Assembly: GCF_009914755.1 (NCBI RefSeq)
Contig: NC_060930.1
Source of the DNA: the human T2T-CHM13v2.0 reference genome, Homo sapiens
DNA: 64,000 nt
Reading direction: 5' to 3' (one strand)
The notes under the pieces were generated by a model. That model saw nothing but the letters and a program-made list of their open reading frames with translations, made no database searches and was not told the origin of the DNA. The position numbers were made by a program, and so were the translations under genes. This document shows positions 1-17,300 of this stretch, one piece after another. Within the stretch, counting starts at the first letter, position 1, and the number at the start of each line of letters is the position of its first letter.

Positions 1-514
1 ATTCCCTATTCCTGGTCATTCAGGATGTTTCCAGTATTCTGCTATTACAAACAATGTCACGATAAATATCTTTGCACTTAAATTCTACCCACAGGAAAGA
101 TTCTGAAATACTGCTGGGTCAAGGAGTAGATGTGTCTTCAGCAGCATCCTTTCTCCAAAGACAGTAACAAGTCACATTCTCAAAAGCAGTGCACGAGAGC
201 ACTGTTTCCCCATGTTCTTGCCAGTGCTGGATGTTATAATAAGTGCTTTTAGAAGACTGTAACAAGAAAAGTAGTTTCTAACTTTAAAAAAACTACTCCT
301 GGTTTTTTAAAAAATCCTTTAAATCTCTCTTAGGCTTGCCCACTGTCAAAAATGTATCTCCGATTAACTAATGGCCTGTGCTATAGAAATTCACTTGTCA
401 GTTCCAAACGACCAACTTATAACACATTTTCTCTTAAAAATGCTGTTTAAGTAAAGGTTAGGTCATCCAGGCTAATGTACAACTACATTTTTAATTTAAA
501 AAATGGTAAAACAG

Positions 515-811
515 GGCCGGGCGCGGTGGCTCTCGCCTGTAATCCCAGCACTTTGGGAGGCCGAGGCGGGTGGATCACCAGGTCAAGAGTTTGAGACCAG
601 CCTGACCAACATGGTGAAACCCCGTCTCTACTAAAAATACAAAAATAAGCCAGGCGTGGTGGTGTGTGCCTGCAATCCCAGCTACTCAGGAAGCTGAGAA
701 TCACTTGAACCCAGAAGGCGGAGGTTGCAGTCACCTGAGATCGTGCCACTGCACTCCAGCCTGGGCAACAGAGTGAGACTCCGTCTCAAAAAAAAAAAAA
801 AAAAAAAAAAA
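515..811 (+). mobile_element. AluS
   Basis: Full dimer, A tail, TSD ggtaaaaca. Confidence 0.92.
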
Positions 812-3800
812 GGTAAAACAATAGCAACAATATTATCAATGTAAAACATATATTGACATTTTGTAGTCAATCTAGAATAAAAATTGAATATAGAACGGTG
901 GAGCTATAAAAAGTATATTTAATAAACTGTAGGCATGTTTATATTAGAATCACACTTTCCAAATCACATCCTTCCCAACCATGCATTTACCTGCTGTTAG
1001 CATAGAGGGAACTGAGGACACCAGGACAGCCAGAAGAAATAGAACTAAGCAGGGGCGGAAGAGTTGGGGGGAATGTAAAATATATGTGTGGAGACCCAAA
1101 TGATAAGAAACGGAGTTGGGCTACCATTCATCTAAAAGCTTCTGTCTCCCAAACTCTCAGAAACAGCAGGAGATACATTCCCTTTCCCTTTTTCACTGTA
1201 CTTTTCCTTCTTTGTACCCCACCCCCACACACATACACAGAGACCCACCATATGCCCATTTGAGGTGAGATCAAATCAAACCTTTCATGCCTTCCACTGA
1301 TGCTCCTACTCTCTAGCTGTGTTAGAACTGATGCATGTAGCATCACATTCTCCTTTATTCACTCCTGATCCAGAGCACATGGGAAGGATCCAGATCCAGC
1401 ATACTCTCAAAATGCAGGCCATGGGGAGGGGTGATGGCTGAGGTGGTCAGTGGCCTAGATCTGCCTCCCCGGAGCCTGGATCTTATAGTTAACTAGGAAA
1501 CAGCCAGAGAGCAACACACTAATCCAAGAGCAGCAGCCAAATTTTCATCCAACTCTTCAAGGTGGGAAATATTTTAGTTCCATGTTATAATGCCGATTTA
1601 TATTAGTCTGAATATATTTCTTAAAGCCCCAGAACACTGATAGCCTGCTGCATGCAATGTACTATCACCAACATAATGCAAGGCCCTAAAATACAGAAAC
1701 ATCAATGGTAACACTGAAACCTCAGCATTCCTCTTATTGCATGTAAAGAATAACACTGATATCACTACTTCTGTCTTTGCTATTGCTTCACTTTTTCCAC
1801 TCATTTCTTCTAGATTCTTGCCCTTACTTTTCATTAACTTGGATATAGCCAGTGAAAGCAGCTTCTATACACCAGTAAGAAACAAAGGAGACTGAGCAAT
1901 GTGAAGAACTAATAATCAGGAGACCTTAGTTTAGAGCTTGCTTTTTCCTTTACTGACCCTCCTTTTCTGGACTTTAGTTTTCTTGAGGATAAAATGAAAT
2001 AAGTGAAAATCAGCATACTCAATGTTTACATCTTTTCCCTACAGGCAATGGTAATTCTCAAAGGCTGGGCAGGTGGGAGAGCAGAATCAGGGTTACAAAC
2101 AGAACTACCCAAGAGTAGTTCTATAGTTCTGTACCCTATATTATCCTATAGTTCTGTTAATGGGGAGGAGGGGAAGGGTAGAATAAGAGAAGGGAAAAAC
2201 AAATCTAGAAAGCTTCACTAATCCCCCAGAATGAAGCCACTTCAAAGCTGAAGACCACAGTCCCTAGTCTTGAAGCTGTAGTTCCCCCAAGACTCAGAAC
2301 ACTGGTTTAAAAATCTTGGAGAAAGAAATGGCCAACCAGAAATAGCTTGTTCAAGTTCACTGCTAAAGTGGAATTAAAAGTACTATGAAAAAAATCTTCC
2401 ATTAACTGGAAATGGAAAAAGGAGCCTTGGAGGGGACAACATTTAGGCCTTTCCTGAAAACTGCATGTATATGGTGATCACTTAGCCAAACACAAAAGAA
2501 ATACTGACCTAGACATGCAAGAACAACACATAGTGACAAAATAGGTAACTTTAAAACTTCTCAAAAGAGGCCATTTGCACACACTTAAAGTTTACATATC
2601 ATTAATACATGTAATGAGAGTAAAAACACTTTTAAAAGTGTGAGTTTCTTCCAAAGTTTGACTTGGAAATGTTACAGATAAATCTAATGCCCCAAAGTAC
2701 TCCTTGATTGAATACCATTAATAAATAATACAGTCTTGAAGCCTAGCACAAGTAATGAAATACAAATGCAATAAATGATTGCAAACTATACCAAAAGGCT
2801 GGAAGGCATTTTAAAAGGGTTTTCAAATGGAATCAATAGTAGTTTCTACAAAAAATTAAAACCATGAATGTGGTGATCATTTCCAAAATAATAAATGAGA
2901 TGTATGCCATAAACAATGGAAAGTATGTCAGAAAATGATGTCAAAAGTAACCAGATCATATCAGTATGAAGTGATACATTCAAAACTCTTTTTAAAAATA
3001 TAAAAGACCATTAATTTTTTTATGTCTAGCACCCCAAGAATCTAAAATAGTTGCTGGCACACAAGAAACACTCAAGAAATAAATAAATAATGAAGTAATT
3101 AATTAAGGCAGGTATAACAGGATGATAAAGAACCTTGGCAATCATTCATTTTCATGTATAAGCCATCCAAAACTAGCTACTTAGCATGAGTTAGGAATGA
3201 AAATCAGGTCTCCTCAGTACTAGTAGTTGCTTCCTTTATTGTTGAATTTCTAAAATTCATAGTGATTAGAATTTCTTAATTGGATATATAACTCAAGAAT
3301 CTACTTAATCATGAACTAGGCACTATCTTATAAATATTTAATTGCTAATTGGTTTATGTCACCCATATGACTTCTTTCTTATCTTGAAAAACTGTGTTTC
3401 TGAAGCTTGTAATTACATGGAAAAATACCAATGTAATAATATTAACCAAAAACTGTCAGGATACAAAACTGCTTAAATGTTTCATCAGACTGTTTACCAT
3501 ACATTGTGCATTGTCATGAAAATGGTTTGAAATGATATTTCATGGCATTAAAAAATGCTGTGATATATTAAGTGCATCTGCAGGATATGGAACTGTACAC
3601 GCAGTAGTCCCAATTTTTAAATGTTATATATTATGGAGAAAAAAGAAATGGAAAAGGACATATGTCATAAAATTAACGTATATAGGTAATTGAATTACAG
3701 ATTTTTACTCATTTTGTCTACTTTTGTCCACTTCTTTATTTTCCAAAAATGTTACCAAGTATATGTCATAAGTTTTCTTTCCATATTTTCCCCAAGTACT

Positions 3801-5497
3801 TACATGGTTCCTCCTTTGTCACTGAGTACTACAGAAATTACATCTTTAGTCAACAGGATAGTTTTTCTGTCTAAATGTACAACCCTCTAATTTTAAGAGC
3901 CACTTCAATTAACAACGAAAGCAAGAGATAATAATGGAGTTTTTCCCTCAAGTAACTAAATCCTCTACAGTCAGCAACAGAACTTTTCACCAAAGTTTAT
4001 GGACGTGGTAGCCCAAAACCACATTAAACAAAAGGTAAGCCATACTTCTTCCTAACTATGGACTGTAATTCCAGAACAACAGCAATATTCAACTGCTGTT
4101 TACTTAAACAGAGACTATTACTTCTCACCACATATATTACCTATAGTCCACATTATTAATGATAACTTTGACTGCATATAAGGATGAGCCACAATTACCT
4201 ACAGTATGGTGTTCTCTAGACTGGCTATCAGAAGACCAGAATTCTAGCCCCAGTCCACCACCTAGTCAATGCAATCATGGAAGCCTGATTTCCTTGCCTA
4301 TAAAATAAGGGCACTGGCACTTATGTTACCCATCTCAGAGAATTGTTATAAGAATCAAATTGTATCATATATGTAAAAAAAAGTATAAAGTGCTAAAATT
4401 ATTATGATCATCAATCTAATTGAGAGTTTCCTACACCATATTAAGAGTGTCACATCCAATCTTTACATTTGCTGAGCCATGGCTAAAACTTATTTCTCAG
4501 TACTAAACCCTCAGGTTTCATAACATATGTATGATAAAGCAGAGTTCTTAAAAATGGAGGATAAAATCTTCAACTCAACACCGGTTATGTATAAGCAAAA
4601 TCTATCTTGTTTATATTAAAGTAGTAATTCAATTTTGTGATAATACTTTTCCTAGAATGCAAAAGGTGAAATGCAAGGTCAGATTGTCCAAATGACATGG
4701 TAAAACCAAGAAAAATCTCTGTCTGCACCATCCACCCACACATAACACAAAGCCTCTCCCTTCCCCAGCTCCCACTGAAATTCTGCCTTCCTTCAAATGC
4801 CAGCCCTGCTTGTGAAACCCCTGGATGCTCGTATCACTCCTCTTGTGTAGCACTCACATATAATGAGTGTAGCTGGTCCACTTTCGTCACCAAACTCTGC
4901 TCTTTGAGAGGCTACAAACCTGTGTTCCTCTTCCTTCTGTAGGCCCTGATTCCTTAGCATATTTTAATGTATAGGATCAATAAGTATTTGGAATTAAACC
5001 ACATGTTCCAAACTGGTGAAGATCTGCTTCTCCCGGTTCTAAATCCTTCATCTCTTCCCAGTTTTTCCAGGGAAAGACTGAGTACAAAATACGATGGGTA
5101 TGAGGGAATAGAGAATATACTAGATGGTAATATGTTCACTTGAAGCATATGATCAATTAATTTCTGACTAGAAATATGAGAAAGGTTGGGAACAATGCTG
5201 CTTGAATGCTTTCAAAAAATGCTAATTATAAAAGTATTTCATTCCATTTACAGTATTTTACTTCTACTGAAGCACAAATTTAAATTTCTATATAGTTTTC
5301 TAAATGGAAAGGGATATATAAGTACAGGTCTTTTTCCACAAGAAAACTAAAGCATCCTTGCATCTTGCTTTCTGTAATTTAGAATCCTTCAGTCCTGCTT
5401 TAGACCTTCCAAAAAGGTTCAAAGAAAAAGTATAAAGACTACACATTATCTATAGTAGTTAAATTGTTAGAGCTTCTGAGATTGTTTAAAGGACACT

Positions 5498-5879
5498 GAC
5501 ATATTTTGGCCAAATCCCATCCTGAATTTCCAGGTGTTGTGGGAGGGACCCAGTGGGAGGTAATCGAATCATGGGGGCAAGTCTTTTCCATGTTGTTCTT
5601 GTGAGTACTAGTAACTAGAACTTACTAGTTCTAGTAAGTCTCACGAGATTCTGATGGTTTTAAAAACAGGAGTTCCCCTGCACAAGTTCTTTCTCTTTGT
5701 CTGCTGCCATCCATGTAAGACGTGACTTGCCCCTCCTTGCCCTTCCTTGCCTTCCACCATGATTGTGAGGCTTCCCCAGCCATGTGGAACTGTAGGAACT
5801 GTAAGTCCAACCTCTTTATTTTGTAAATTGCCCAGTCTCTGGTATGTCTTTATCAGCAGTGTGAAAACAGACTAATGCA
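5498..5879 (+). mobile_element. THE1 (MaLR) solo LTR
   Basis: gtgttgtgggagggacccagtgggaggtaat...cttccaccatgattgtgaggcttccccagccatgtggaactgt...tttatcagcagtgtgaaaacagactaatgca. Confidence 0.88.
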
Positions 5880-6025
5880 GAGATATTCAAATAACACTGC
5901 AAAAAAAAAAAATGCCTCTATAGCACAAACTATTGCTTCAAGAGGTATAAAATTCATATTATATGCAAAATCAAACTCTTAATTTGAATCACTCCGCTTT
6001 TTATCTACTAAGTATTTTCAATATT

Positions 6026-6320
<295 letters not shown>

Positions 6321-7124
6321 CTTATTTTCAACATTATCTAGTTTCTGTTACACAAATAAGGTTATCACAAGATCGCAAGACGAACAACCAAGTACTCCTT
6401 TAATCACTCTCTTTTTTCTAGCAAAGGCAGTCAATAGTGTTCCAGAATTCTAAACATTTAGGAACTACGACTCTTCTAAAATATGTTAACAGAAAAAAAG
6501 CAAATAATCTTGCTGTAACTCAACTCATGTTTTTAAAATCACATGTAATCATTTACGTGAAAGCACTGTCTTAACTCTAAGAGGCAACAGTGTGAAACTG
6601 TGTTTGTGGATACTGTATACATATAGCACTACATCCAGGCCATAATCAAATTACCATAACAAAACTTTCTCACTAACTACTTTCTTACTTACAAACTTTC
6701 CAACTCTACTTCTGATTACATTTTAAAAGAAGTAATTCAATATCCTAAGAGTTTTTAACTTTCACATGTTTTACAGGACATGGACTACTAATTTCAGTGT
6801 ATGCTTAAAATAGAACAGTTCGACTAATTTTAGACTCAAGTGTTATAAAGCATCATAGCTGCCAACCAACTGGATACCTGAATTGCAGCTACAACAGCAT
6901 ATTAGATACACCAAAGCAAACTGTCAGATTGCTGAACTCAGAGTCACCACATACAACTCTATGAAGCAGATACAATAAATAACACACATAGCTAAAACAA
7001 AATAGTACTTAAGAATGCTATGACCATATAAAAGGAAATAATCAGGTCCTTATTTATTTAAATAATAGCTATAATATGCAGTGGCTCAAAGGTGTCAAAA
7101 GGAGGTAATGGTATAAAAAGGTTA

Positions 7125-8820
<1,696 letters not shown>

Positions 8821-9853
8821 AAAAGACTACTGGTGTAGGAAGAGCCACAGTACTTGAGTTCTTAGATCTACCTAATTCATTGACTACCTACATAATCTCT
8901 ACTGCTCAGAATATTCCATATGCCCTATTTTATCCCGCCTTTATTAACCCAGTGTCTATCTACCTCACTAGACAAGTAGTAGTATTTCACACCAAAATCA
9001 AGAAAATACATCATTACACTGGCATGCCCAGCATGGAAAACCATAGCACTGAATACAGGGGCACTAGAACAATAGTATGTTTGTATAATATCTTTAATAC
9101 CAGGGTTCACTGGGAAATATTTTCACCCACTAGAGTAAAATCAAGACTTTGTCAACGCTCTTTGACAATTCTTTCCAGGAAACATTTCAGGCATGTATCA
9201 AAGCAGTCACATTCATTGGTAACATTTACAAAAACAGTTCTTTTCAAAATCTTCTCGACCCAAATACACACTGGAAATGCTCATATTAAAATTTTATTGT
9301 CTTTTTATAACTAATCATTAGAATTGATAATACAACTAAGACACAACAGTTTGACTTCCAAAATCTAATATTTGAATAAAAGTAATATCTATAAATGTAT
9401 AAACTATTAACTTTAATTTCATGCATTTAACATATCTGAGAAAGTTGTAGTATTAATCAAAATCAGAATCCTAATAAATATATTTTCATAACTATTTCTG
9501 CAGTATCTCCCAGTCAATATAATGACACTAAAAATATATAGTTTAGGCCAAATATACATTTGATGTTCAAATGCCATTTCTACCACTATAGCTATGCGAC
9601 TCTTTAAACTTACATATATACATAACATATATGTATTTCATATGCAATACCCAGCATCATGCCAGGCATATGAGTAGGTTGACATATAAATGGTAGTTAC
9701 TGTTTTGCAATTTTAAATTAAAATTTAAGGCTTAATGCTCAAATTGTAGGGTAGCCGAGAACTTAAATGAACATAAAACCACTTAACTTTTTATACACCA
9801 AACCAAACTAACTCTACATATTTGCTGAAGTTTATGTAGAAAATAAACAAAGG

Positions 9854-10237
<384 letters not shown>

Positions 10238-11207
10238 TCACCATATATATTTACCTTTTAAAAGGATATGAATTCAATTATTTTATTTGCTTATGGAAAA
10301 TAGATCCACTGCTCTAAGATGCTACTAATCATGCTCAGAGGATTCACAACAAACAGACTGATAAGGTATTACTTAAAGCGCTCTACATTAAATAGAGCAT
10401 TCCAGTTTTCTAGGGCACACTACTTGCTGTATTTCCAAGGTCAAGCAAAATAGCTTTCGTTCCATTTAACTACCAAGAAAGGTCTAACTGTGATTAATAA
10501 TAAAAATGTTTTAAAAACACCTTTTCTAATAAATACATACTACAAGTTTTTTAAAAACTTAAAAAGGAAACATTTCAAACTTTTTTGGACATAACTTCAA
10601 CAACAAAAGTTGCTGCACCCGCCTCCTGTCCCCACATGCAGAACCAACTAATCGGCCATCCTGACAATTTCTGAAATTTCTCTTGAATCAGCCTTCCATT
10701 CCAACCACTATAATTTTACAGTACCCACCTAACCTGTCTCCCTGCCTGAGTCTTCCCTTCCACTCAGTCCTCCGCGCTGCTGCCAGAGTGCTCTTTCTAA
10801 TATCTATCTAACTTCCTGCTGGGGATCATAAAGGGTCACCCTCACTGCCTAAAGAATAGGCACTCAAGATTGCTTTCAATCTGGTACAGCATAACCCTCC
10901 ATCATTCATCCATATCCATCTTCCTACAAATTCTAACCAATCCTTTCCCTGAAACCTGCGGTGCACTTCAGCCAACGATCAAAATGATTTTGGCAATTAT
11001 GTCAATGAAATGGAACAGTCATGCTAGTTTCTCCTCTTGGAGTTTTCCTCCCTGGTACTTTTCACCTTCTCACAGGGTGAAATCCCATTTGACCCCAAAT
11101 ACAAAGCTTTTCCCCAGCCTAAGCAGAATTATTTGCTTCTTCTTTTGGGAGAGATGAAGCAAGTCAGAAAACAAAAGCAAACAAAATTGCATTAAAGGAC
11201 AAGCAGA

Positions 11208-11662
<455 letters not shown>

Positions 11663-12586
11663 CTAAGAAATGGACACAGAAGTCTTTCCTGTTTTTTATT
11701 CAAAGCCATTATAGAGAGACTTCCATGAAACAGAAGCATCTGTGTTTAGTTAATATGAAATAACAAACATTCGAAACTACAAATCATCTTCTCTTCCCAA
11801 TTAGTCCACCAGGTCACATGATTTGGGTGTGTTCTTGTGCACTTTTATACTCAGTTGTGGAACTAAAACAGAAATGAACATGACAGCCTAGATATTCCAT
11901 CTTGTTATCACCTCTATAGCTTCAGATATTTTCATAATCTCCAATTGCATGAAGATGCTTTGGTCAAATATTCCAGCTCCCCACAGAGCCAGGATCCTGA
12001 GGCACATATGACCCAACGGCAGAAATACAAGCACTTCTTTGTCAGACTACAAGATAGCAGTAAGACAATAAATTGTTTTCACCACCTGTCCTTACACTGA
12101 TTACCTAAAAAGTTATTGAGCCAGAAAACAAGCATCTCCAAATTGTTCAAATACAAAACAAACAAACAACAACAAAAAAAAAACCTAGAAGTTTTAAAAA
12201 GCATAAGCCTTCTTTTTAAAGTCTCTGGGCTAAATAAATGTTGAGATAACTCTCTAAGAACAAAAGAAACTGAAAAGAGCATCAGTAGAAGTTTAAAATT
12301 AAATTCACTAACAATACCTAATAATTTCCCACATTTCTGAACTCATATACACTCCTTATTGTGTGAGGCAATAAACACAATTTAATCGTAATTATTTGGT
12401 GAGAATGACTTTTCAAACCCATGTTGTAACATAAAACATTCAAATGCGTCATTTTGAAAATACTCAGAAACCTCATGGTGCTCTCAGATCTTCTTCAAAC
12501 TTTAGTGAAGTCAAATATATTGTGTGATGATTGTTAATATGTATCCAAATTTTAAGTTCCCAATTTTAGCACACTTTGCCCTCCAT

Positions 12587-12992
12587 GTGCCAGACACTGC
12601 TGATTGCAAAACCAGCTGCCATTCTTTCCTTATTCTTTACAAACAAAACTTCAATTTTGTTCAGGGCACTAAATGAAGCCGGCTTAAAAATCTACATTTC
12701 CTAGTCTACCTGCAGATAGAGATGGCCCCTGGAACAGCTGTCCCCTGGAATGGAGATATAAGGGCTGGAAGAGGAGCAGCCATCTTGTGATCACAAAACG
12801 ACCACAAGATACACTATAAATAGCCACACAGAAATAGAGGAGTCTGAGTCCCTACTGGCAAATGGGGGTACCCTACAACCCAGTTTTGCCTATTTAGGAC
12901 TTCTCAGTACCTAAGAAAAAGAAAACACCTATTTGGCTAAGCAGTATCATTTGTTTTCTGTTACAAACAGTCAAACATAATCTTAACTAACA
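12587..12992 (+). mobile_element. Old MLT1-type (MaLR) LTR
   Basis: gcagccatcttgtga and terminal ttctgttacaaacagtcaaacataatcttaactaaca motifs; highly diverged. Confidence 0.55.
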
Positions 12993-15900
12993 CTCAGCAA
13001 ATTCAACCTGTTTCACTTTTAAAAGAAAACAAAAATCCCAGACTTATACTATTATGACTAGCTATAATATTATCATGATGCAGCACAGTTAAAGTTCATT
13101 TATTATATAACTATTAACCTATGAACAGAGCATGAGCAGAAGAAATTTGAAATCAAGTTTTTTCAGAATCCTGGAAGCCAAATGAAAACCACTGAGCTAG
13201 ATCATTACATGCTGCAGAGAAATTCCCTGAAACCTGTATACTCCAATTTTCAATTCAAGGGAGTGTCAGAGCCGATTTACAGAGTAAAATGACAGAATTT
13301 TTACTAATCACCTATCAATAAAGGCAATAAACCCGAACTGAAAATGAAAATTATGGTAATCTTCGTTCCTTTTGTCACCATGCACATAAGCAGATTTTAT
13401 AGCCCTAATGAGAGAAGAAACTAAAGCAATTATACAAGGTATTTGTAAAAAACAGAGAAAACTTTGCCTATTGCCTAAACAGCAGTTTGCAGGGGGTGAG
13501 GGGGTGGAGTGGGGTTAGTGATATTACAGGTAAGTAACCAAAACGACCATTCCATGCAGCTTTCATAGAGAATGATAAATGCAACACTTTCATTACGGTT
13601 GTCTAGGTACAACGGATTTACTTCCAGATCAATAGAAAAATAACCCTTTTGGTGGAACAAAATAATGTAACATTTTAAAATTACATCTATAAGGTATAGA
13701 ATGAAATGTATTGAATTCACATTATCTCATTTTCTCACTTAACATCATACTACAAAGTAACAATGTGTTGGGAAAACAAATATTCCAATGATAAACTCAA
13801 AAAGCAGAATTTCATAAGATGAGAACTAATTAATCATTTATAATAACAGCATATGGGTTAGTTTCCTTACACTTAAGAAAAAAAATAAGATACTACTGTA
13901 TCTTTTAAGCTAAGCTACTAAGAATGTTTTGTATTACACGGTATATACACTGGATAATTTACTATAGATATAAAAGAAAGCCATCCTGATGTAGACAATT
14001 TCTAGCCTAAACAATAATAAAGAATTATGTTTTACTCAAAAATAAATGCCTTTATTCAGCCGAAGTTTGGTATCAGCTGAAGAAATATGTTTTTTTAATC
14101 AGATGTCCCTGAATATTCCATGAATATATTTTACAAGTAACAGGACTCGAATATGAATCAGAACACTGCACCCTTCTTTGTAGCAAATAGCTCTTTCTGT
14201 GTTATTCTAATTCAGCAAACAGTTGCCTATTTTTGCTCAGAAGTAATGGACCAAAACAAGATACAAGAATAGACTGACTACACCATAAATAATTAGCGCT
14301 CACTCTCCACTTTTCTTGTTTTTCTACAGAGTCTGATTTGAACTCCTCTCAAGGCTGTCTGAAGACTAGACCTAACAAAACTCTCGACTTCTAAATCTAA
14401 TGCTCATAATTCCTAACATTATAGATTATTACAATTCTACATTTCTGACAACAGGCAGATTTTGAATTGGTTCCAGCTGACTCCACCACTTACACTACTC
14501 AACAGCTGAGGCATATGATAACTTGGCAACCTGATAATATTCTAGATGAATGCAAACTCATTCTGTAACCAAGGAACTCTGTCAGAAATAAAATCAAAAT
14601 GACTTCCCTTTAAGTTTAAATGAGAACATAAAATGTTTTGAACAATGCATGATTTCAGAAAGTGAGCAACCGTACTCTGAACGTTTAGTGAACTGACACT
14701 CCCTATTCAAAGCCTACAATTCTTTTCTGATTAGATCAGTCCCCACAGCAAGTCACCAGGATAATAAGCAGTGTAGTGAAGTCATCATACTGGATACTGA
14801 TGGGAAATCATAACTGGCTTCAAAACACATCGGGAAACAATGAGTTTTCCAGGTCTCCAGCTTTTCATGGAATACACTGCCCAATACTCTTACTTTCCTT
14901 TCCATGACTAAATGAAACATAGCACAGCTATAAAGCCCAAGTACAAATTGATGAACTAAGCATTTTAAAAACCATAAGTAAAAATGAGGAAAACTCCCAT
15001 CATTTTTTCAGTGACGTCTGAACAATATGTTTGAAAATGTATCTGTTTAAGGGCAATACTGATTGTTGTACACTGGCCTTCAGATCTTTAATTTCCTTTT
15101 ATTTCCAAAGGCAAAGACAAGCTTTTAAACAATGCCTACTTCTTTTAGACAAAGTCAAATAAGCACTCGTTTTCAGTCACCTGAAATCACCCACGTGTCA
15201 CTTAAGTAAAACTTCATGTGACAAAAATTCATTCAGCTATAATTTTTTTCAAAAGTATAAAATGTATCTACTTTAGAACTTTCAGATTTTTTTATTTCTG
15301 ACTGTATAGAGCACAGATGTATTTCTTCAATAAGGTTTGTTGGTCTATATTGCAATATTTCTCCTTTTCAAAGCTCTGGAAACAACTAATTACAAACCTT
15401 ACTTTAAAATGGAGTGATGCAGGTAAACATGAGTATATTACCCACCCACCCACATACACACACACACACACAAATGTCACAAATGTGCTTTAGCCTAAAA
15501 TATCACTGCACTTGCTCAGTGGCAGTATTATACACAATAAGAGTCTTGGCACAAAGGAATTCTCATTGTACTGTTTACAAAATTCTACAAGGATTGCAAG
15601 AATTTCGGTTATAAAACATATCCTACAAAGAGAGAAAACAATTGTGAGTGTATTTGGGCTTTTTGGGGCTTTGGAATTTTATTGTTTAGTTCAATTTTTT
15701 TTTTATTTCTACTTTCTACTAATAGAAAAACTACATGCATCATTAACCATATAATACCACTGAATTTACTGACATTGAGTTACCAAACCCAAAGCAAATA
15801 TTCAAAAGATATAAAACCATCTGAATCCTACCTATGAAATGGGTCACTATTCACTATAAATACTTTAAACCTCTGTGAGCTGCTCTTGAGTTCGGAGTGT

Positions 15901-16666
15901 TTTGGGAGCCACAATAAAAAGATGGTATACACACACTTAAAAATACATTTCCAGACACAAAAACACTTAAAAAATGGACAGCTGCAATTTGTATTTCATC
16001 ATTATATTCAACTATGAAGTCAAAGTAAACATTATACTAAAACATAAATATCAGATTGGCATAGAATTTCCTGAACATAAAGGATGGGCAGAAAAAAATC
16101 TCAAAATACATTCTTTACATTTAAATTTACAACAAACTCACTAAAGTCTTTTATCCATCACGCTATAAAATAATTTTTACAATATATCAGAGTAAGTATA
16201 TAGTCACAAACTTTATCAAATAAGAAAGATCATTTTAAGGAAAATGATTTAGTGATGCTGAACCTTTTCTACAGGGCTAACCAATACCCTAGCCAAGCAG
16301 CAGCAGCAATGCCTTAGTAATCCCATAGAGAATAATCGGTATCCACCCTCCCAGGAAGAATTATGATTACGCGTAGTGCTTAAGAGCTTTTACAAGGGAG
16401 AGAAAACGCAATGTGCTTCTTGGAAACAACCCCCTTCCCCCCTCTCTACCGCTCATCTAAGGGCGTCTCCGGACTGTCGCCCACCCCACCATCCTCCCTG
16501 CGCTGGGGGTACTAAATCCCGTGCAAAAAGACATGGTCCATTCCCAAGACTGGTCCAGACACCTGTTTACTCGTGCCCAAGGAGTGGTGGCTCTGATTAA
16601 GGAAAGGCAGCGGTTGCCTCTCTGATCAGTGCCAAGCTCCGCAGCCCCAGGGCAGGGACCACATAC

Positions 16667-16757
16667 CTTTGTACCTCTCCAGGACATCCTCGTAGGCCTG
16701 GAGATACTCCTGCTCCTCCACGTACAGGTAAGCAGCAGGGGAGAGGTAACCCGCCAT
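16667..16757 (-). CDS. DST: Dystonin alternative first coding exon (N-terminal variant 1; BPAG1a1/b1)
   Basis: Minus strand reads ggcATGgcg (ATG at 16757) and translates to [30 protein letters not shown] plus one G, followed by donor AAG|GTATGT (GT at 16666-16665). 91 nt, phase 1, as needed to join the DERDKVQKKTF CH1 exon outside the window. Not in the ORF track (too short). Confidence 0.96.
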
Positions 16758-17300
16758 GCCGAAGTTTATCTAAGCGATGACTGACAAATTCCCCTCTCCC
16801 CCTCGTAACCCCCGGACAGTATCGCAGTCAGCAAGACACAGCCTTGGGAACTGGAAAAGAGGAAGGAGCAGCACGCTGGGGAGAAGCACGGAAGCCGAAG
16901 ACGCAGAGCGGGGGCGCAGGGGGCTGCCGGCGCCAGGGCCGGCAAAGGAAACGCCCAGGCCTCCGGGCAGGCCGATGGTGGGCCGCCCGGCTCCGGGAGC
17001 CCGAGTCCCTCTCGGGTTTCAGCAGCGGCAAATCTCAGCGAGCCCAGGGGCGGCGACGAGCAGCGCCACGCCAAGCGGAGGAGCGGGGCGTGCGGCGAGG
17101 GCGGGCGGGGGCCGGCGGGCGCCCGGACCCTCTGCGGCCGCGCTGACCGCTCTGCTGGCCCTGCACGAGGCGCGTGCTCCGGGCCGGGCCGAGGCCGCGG
17201 CAGCGGTGCGGGAGGACCGGCGCGCTGCCTTCACCGGGGATGCTGCGCGGCGCATCTGCGGCATTTCCTGGCCGCCGCGCCGCAGACACTCGCCCGCGCC

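Noticed and set aside
483-870. Many 60-120 aa ORFs with 'LQPPPPGFK'/'SRDGVSPC'-type peptides, here and across the window
   Set aside because: Translations of Alu elements.
8880-9314. 144-aa plus-strand ORF
   Set aside because: Non-ATG (TTG) start, AT-rich composition, no recognisable homology or splice context.
16725-16733. Strong plus-strand donor CAG|GTAAGC inside the variant-1 exon (similar motif near 13530)
   Set aside because: Explained by the Ala-Tyr-Leu codons on the opposite strand; no matching acceptor or promoter evident.
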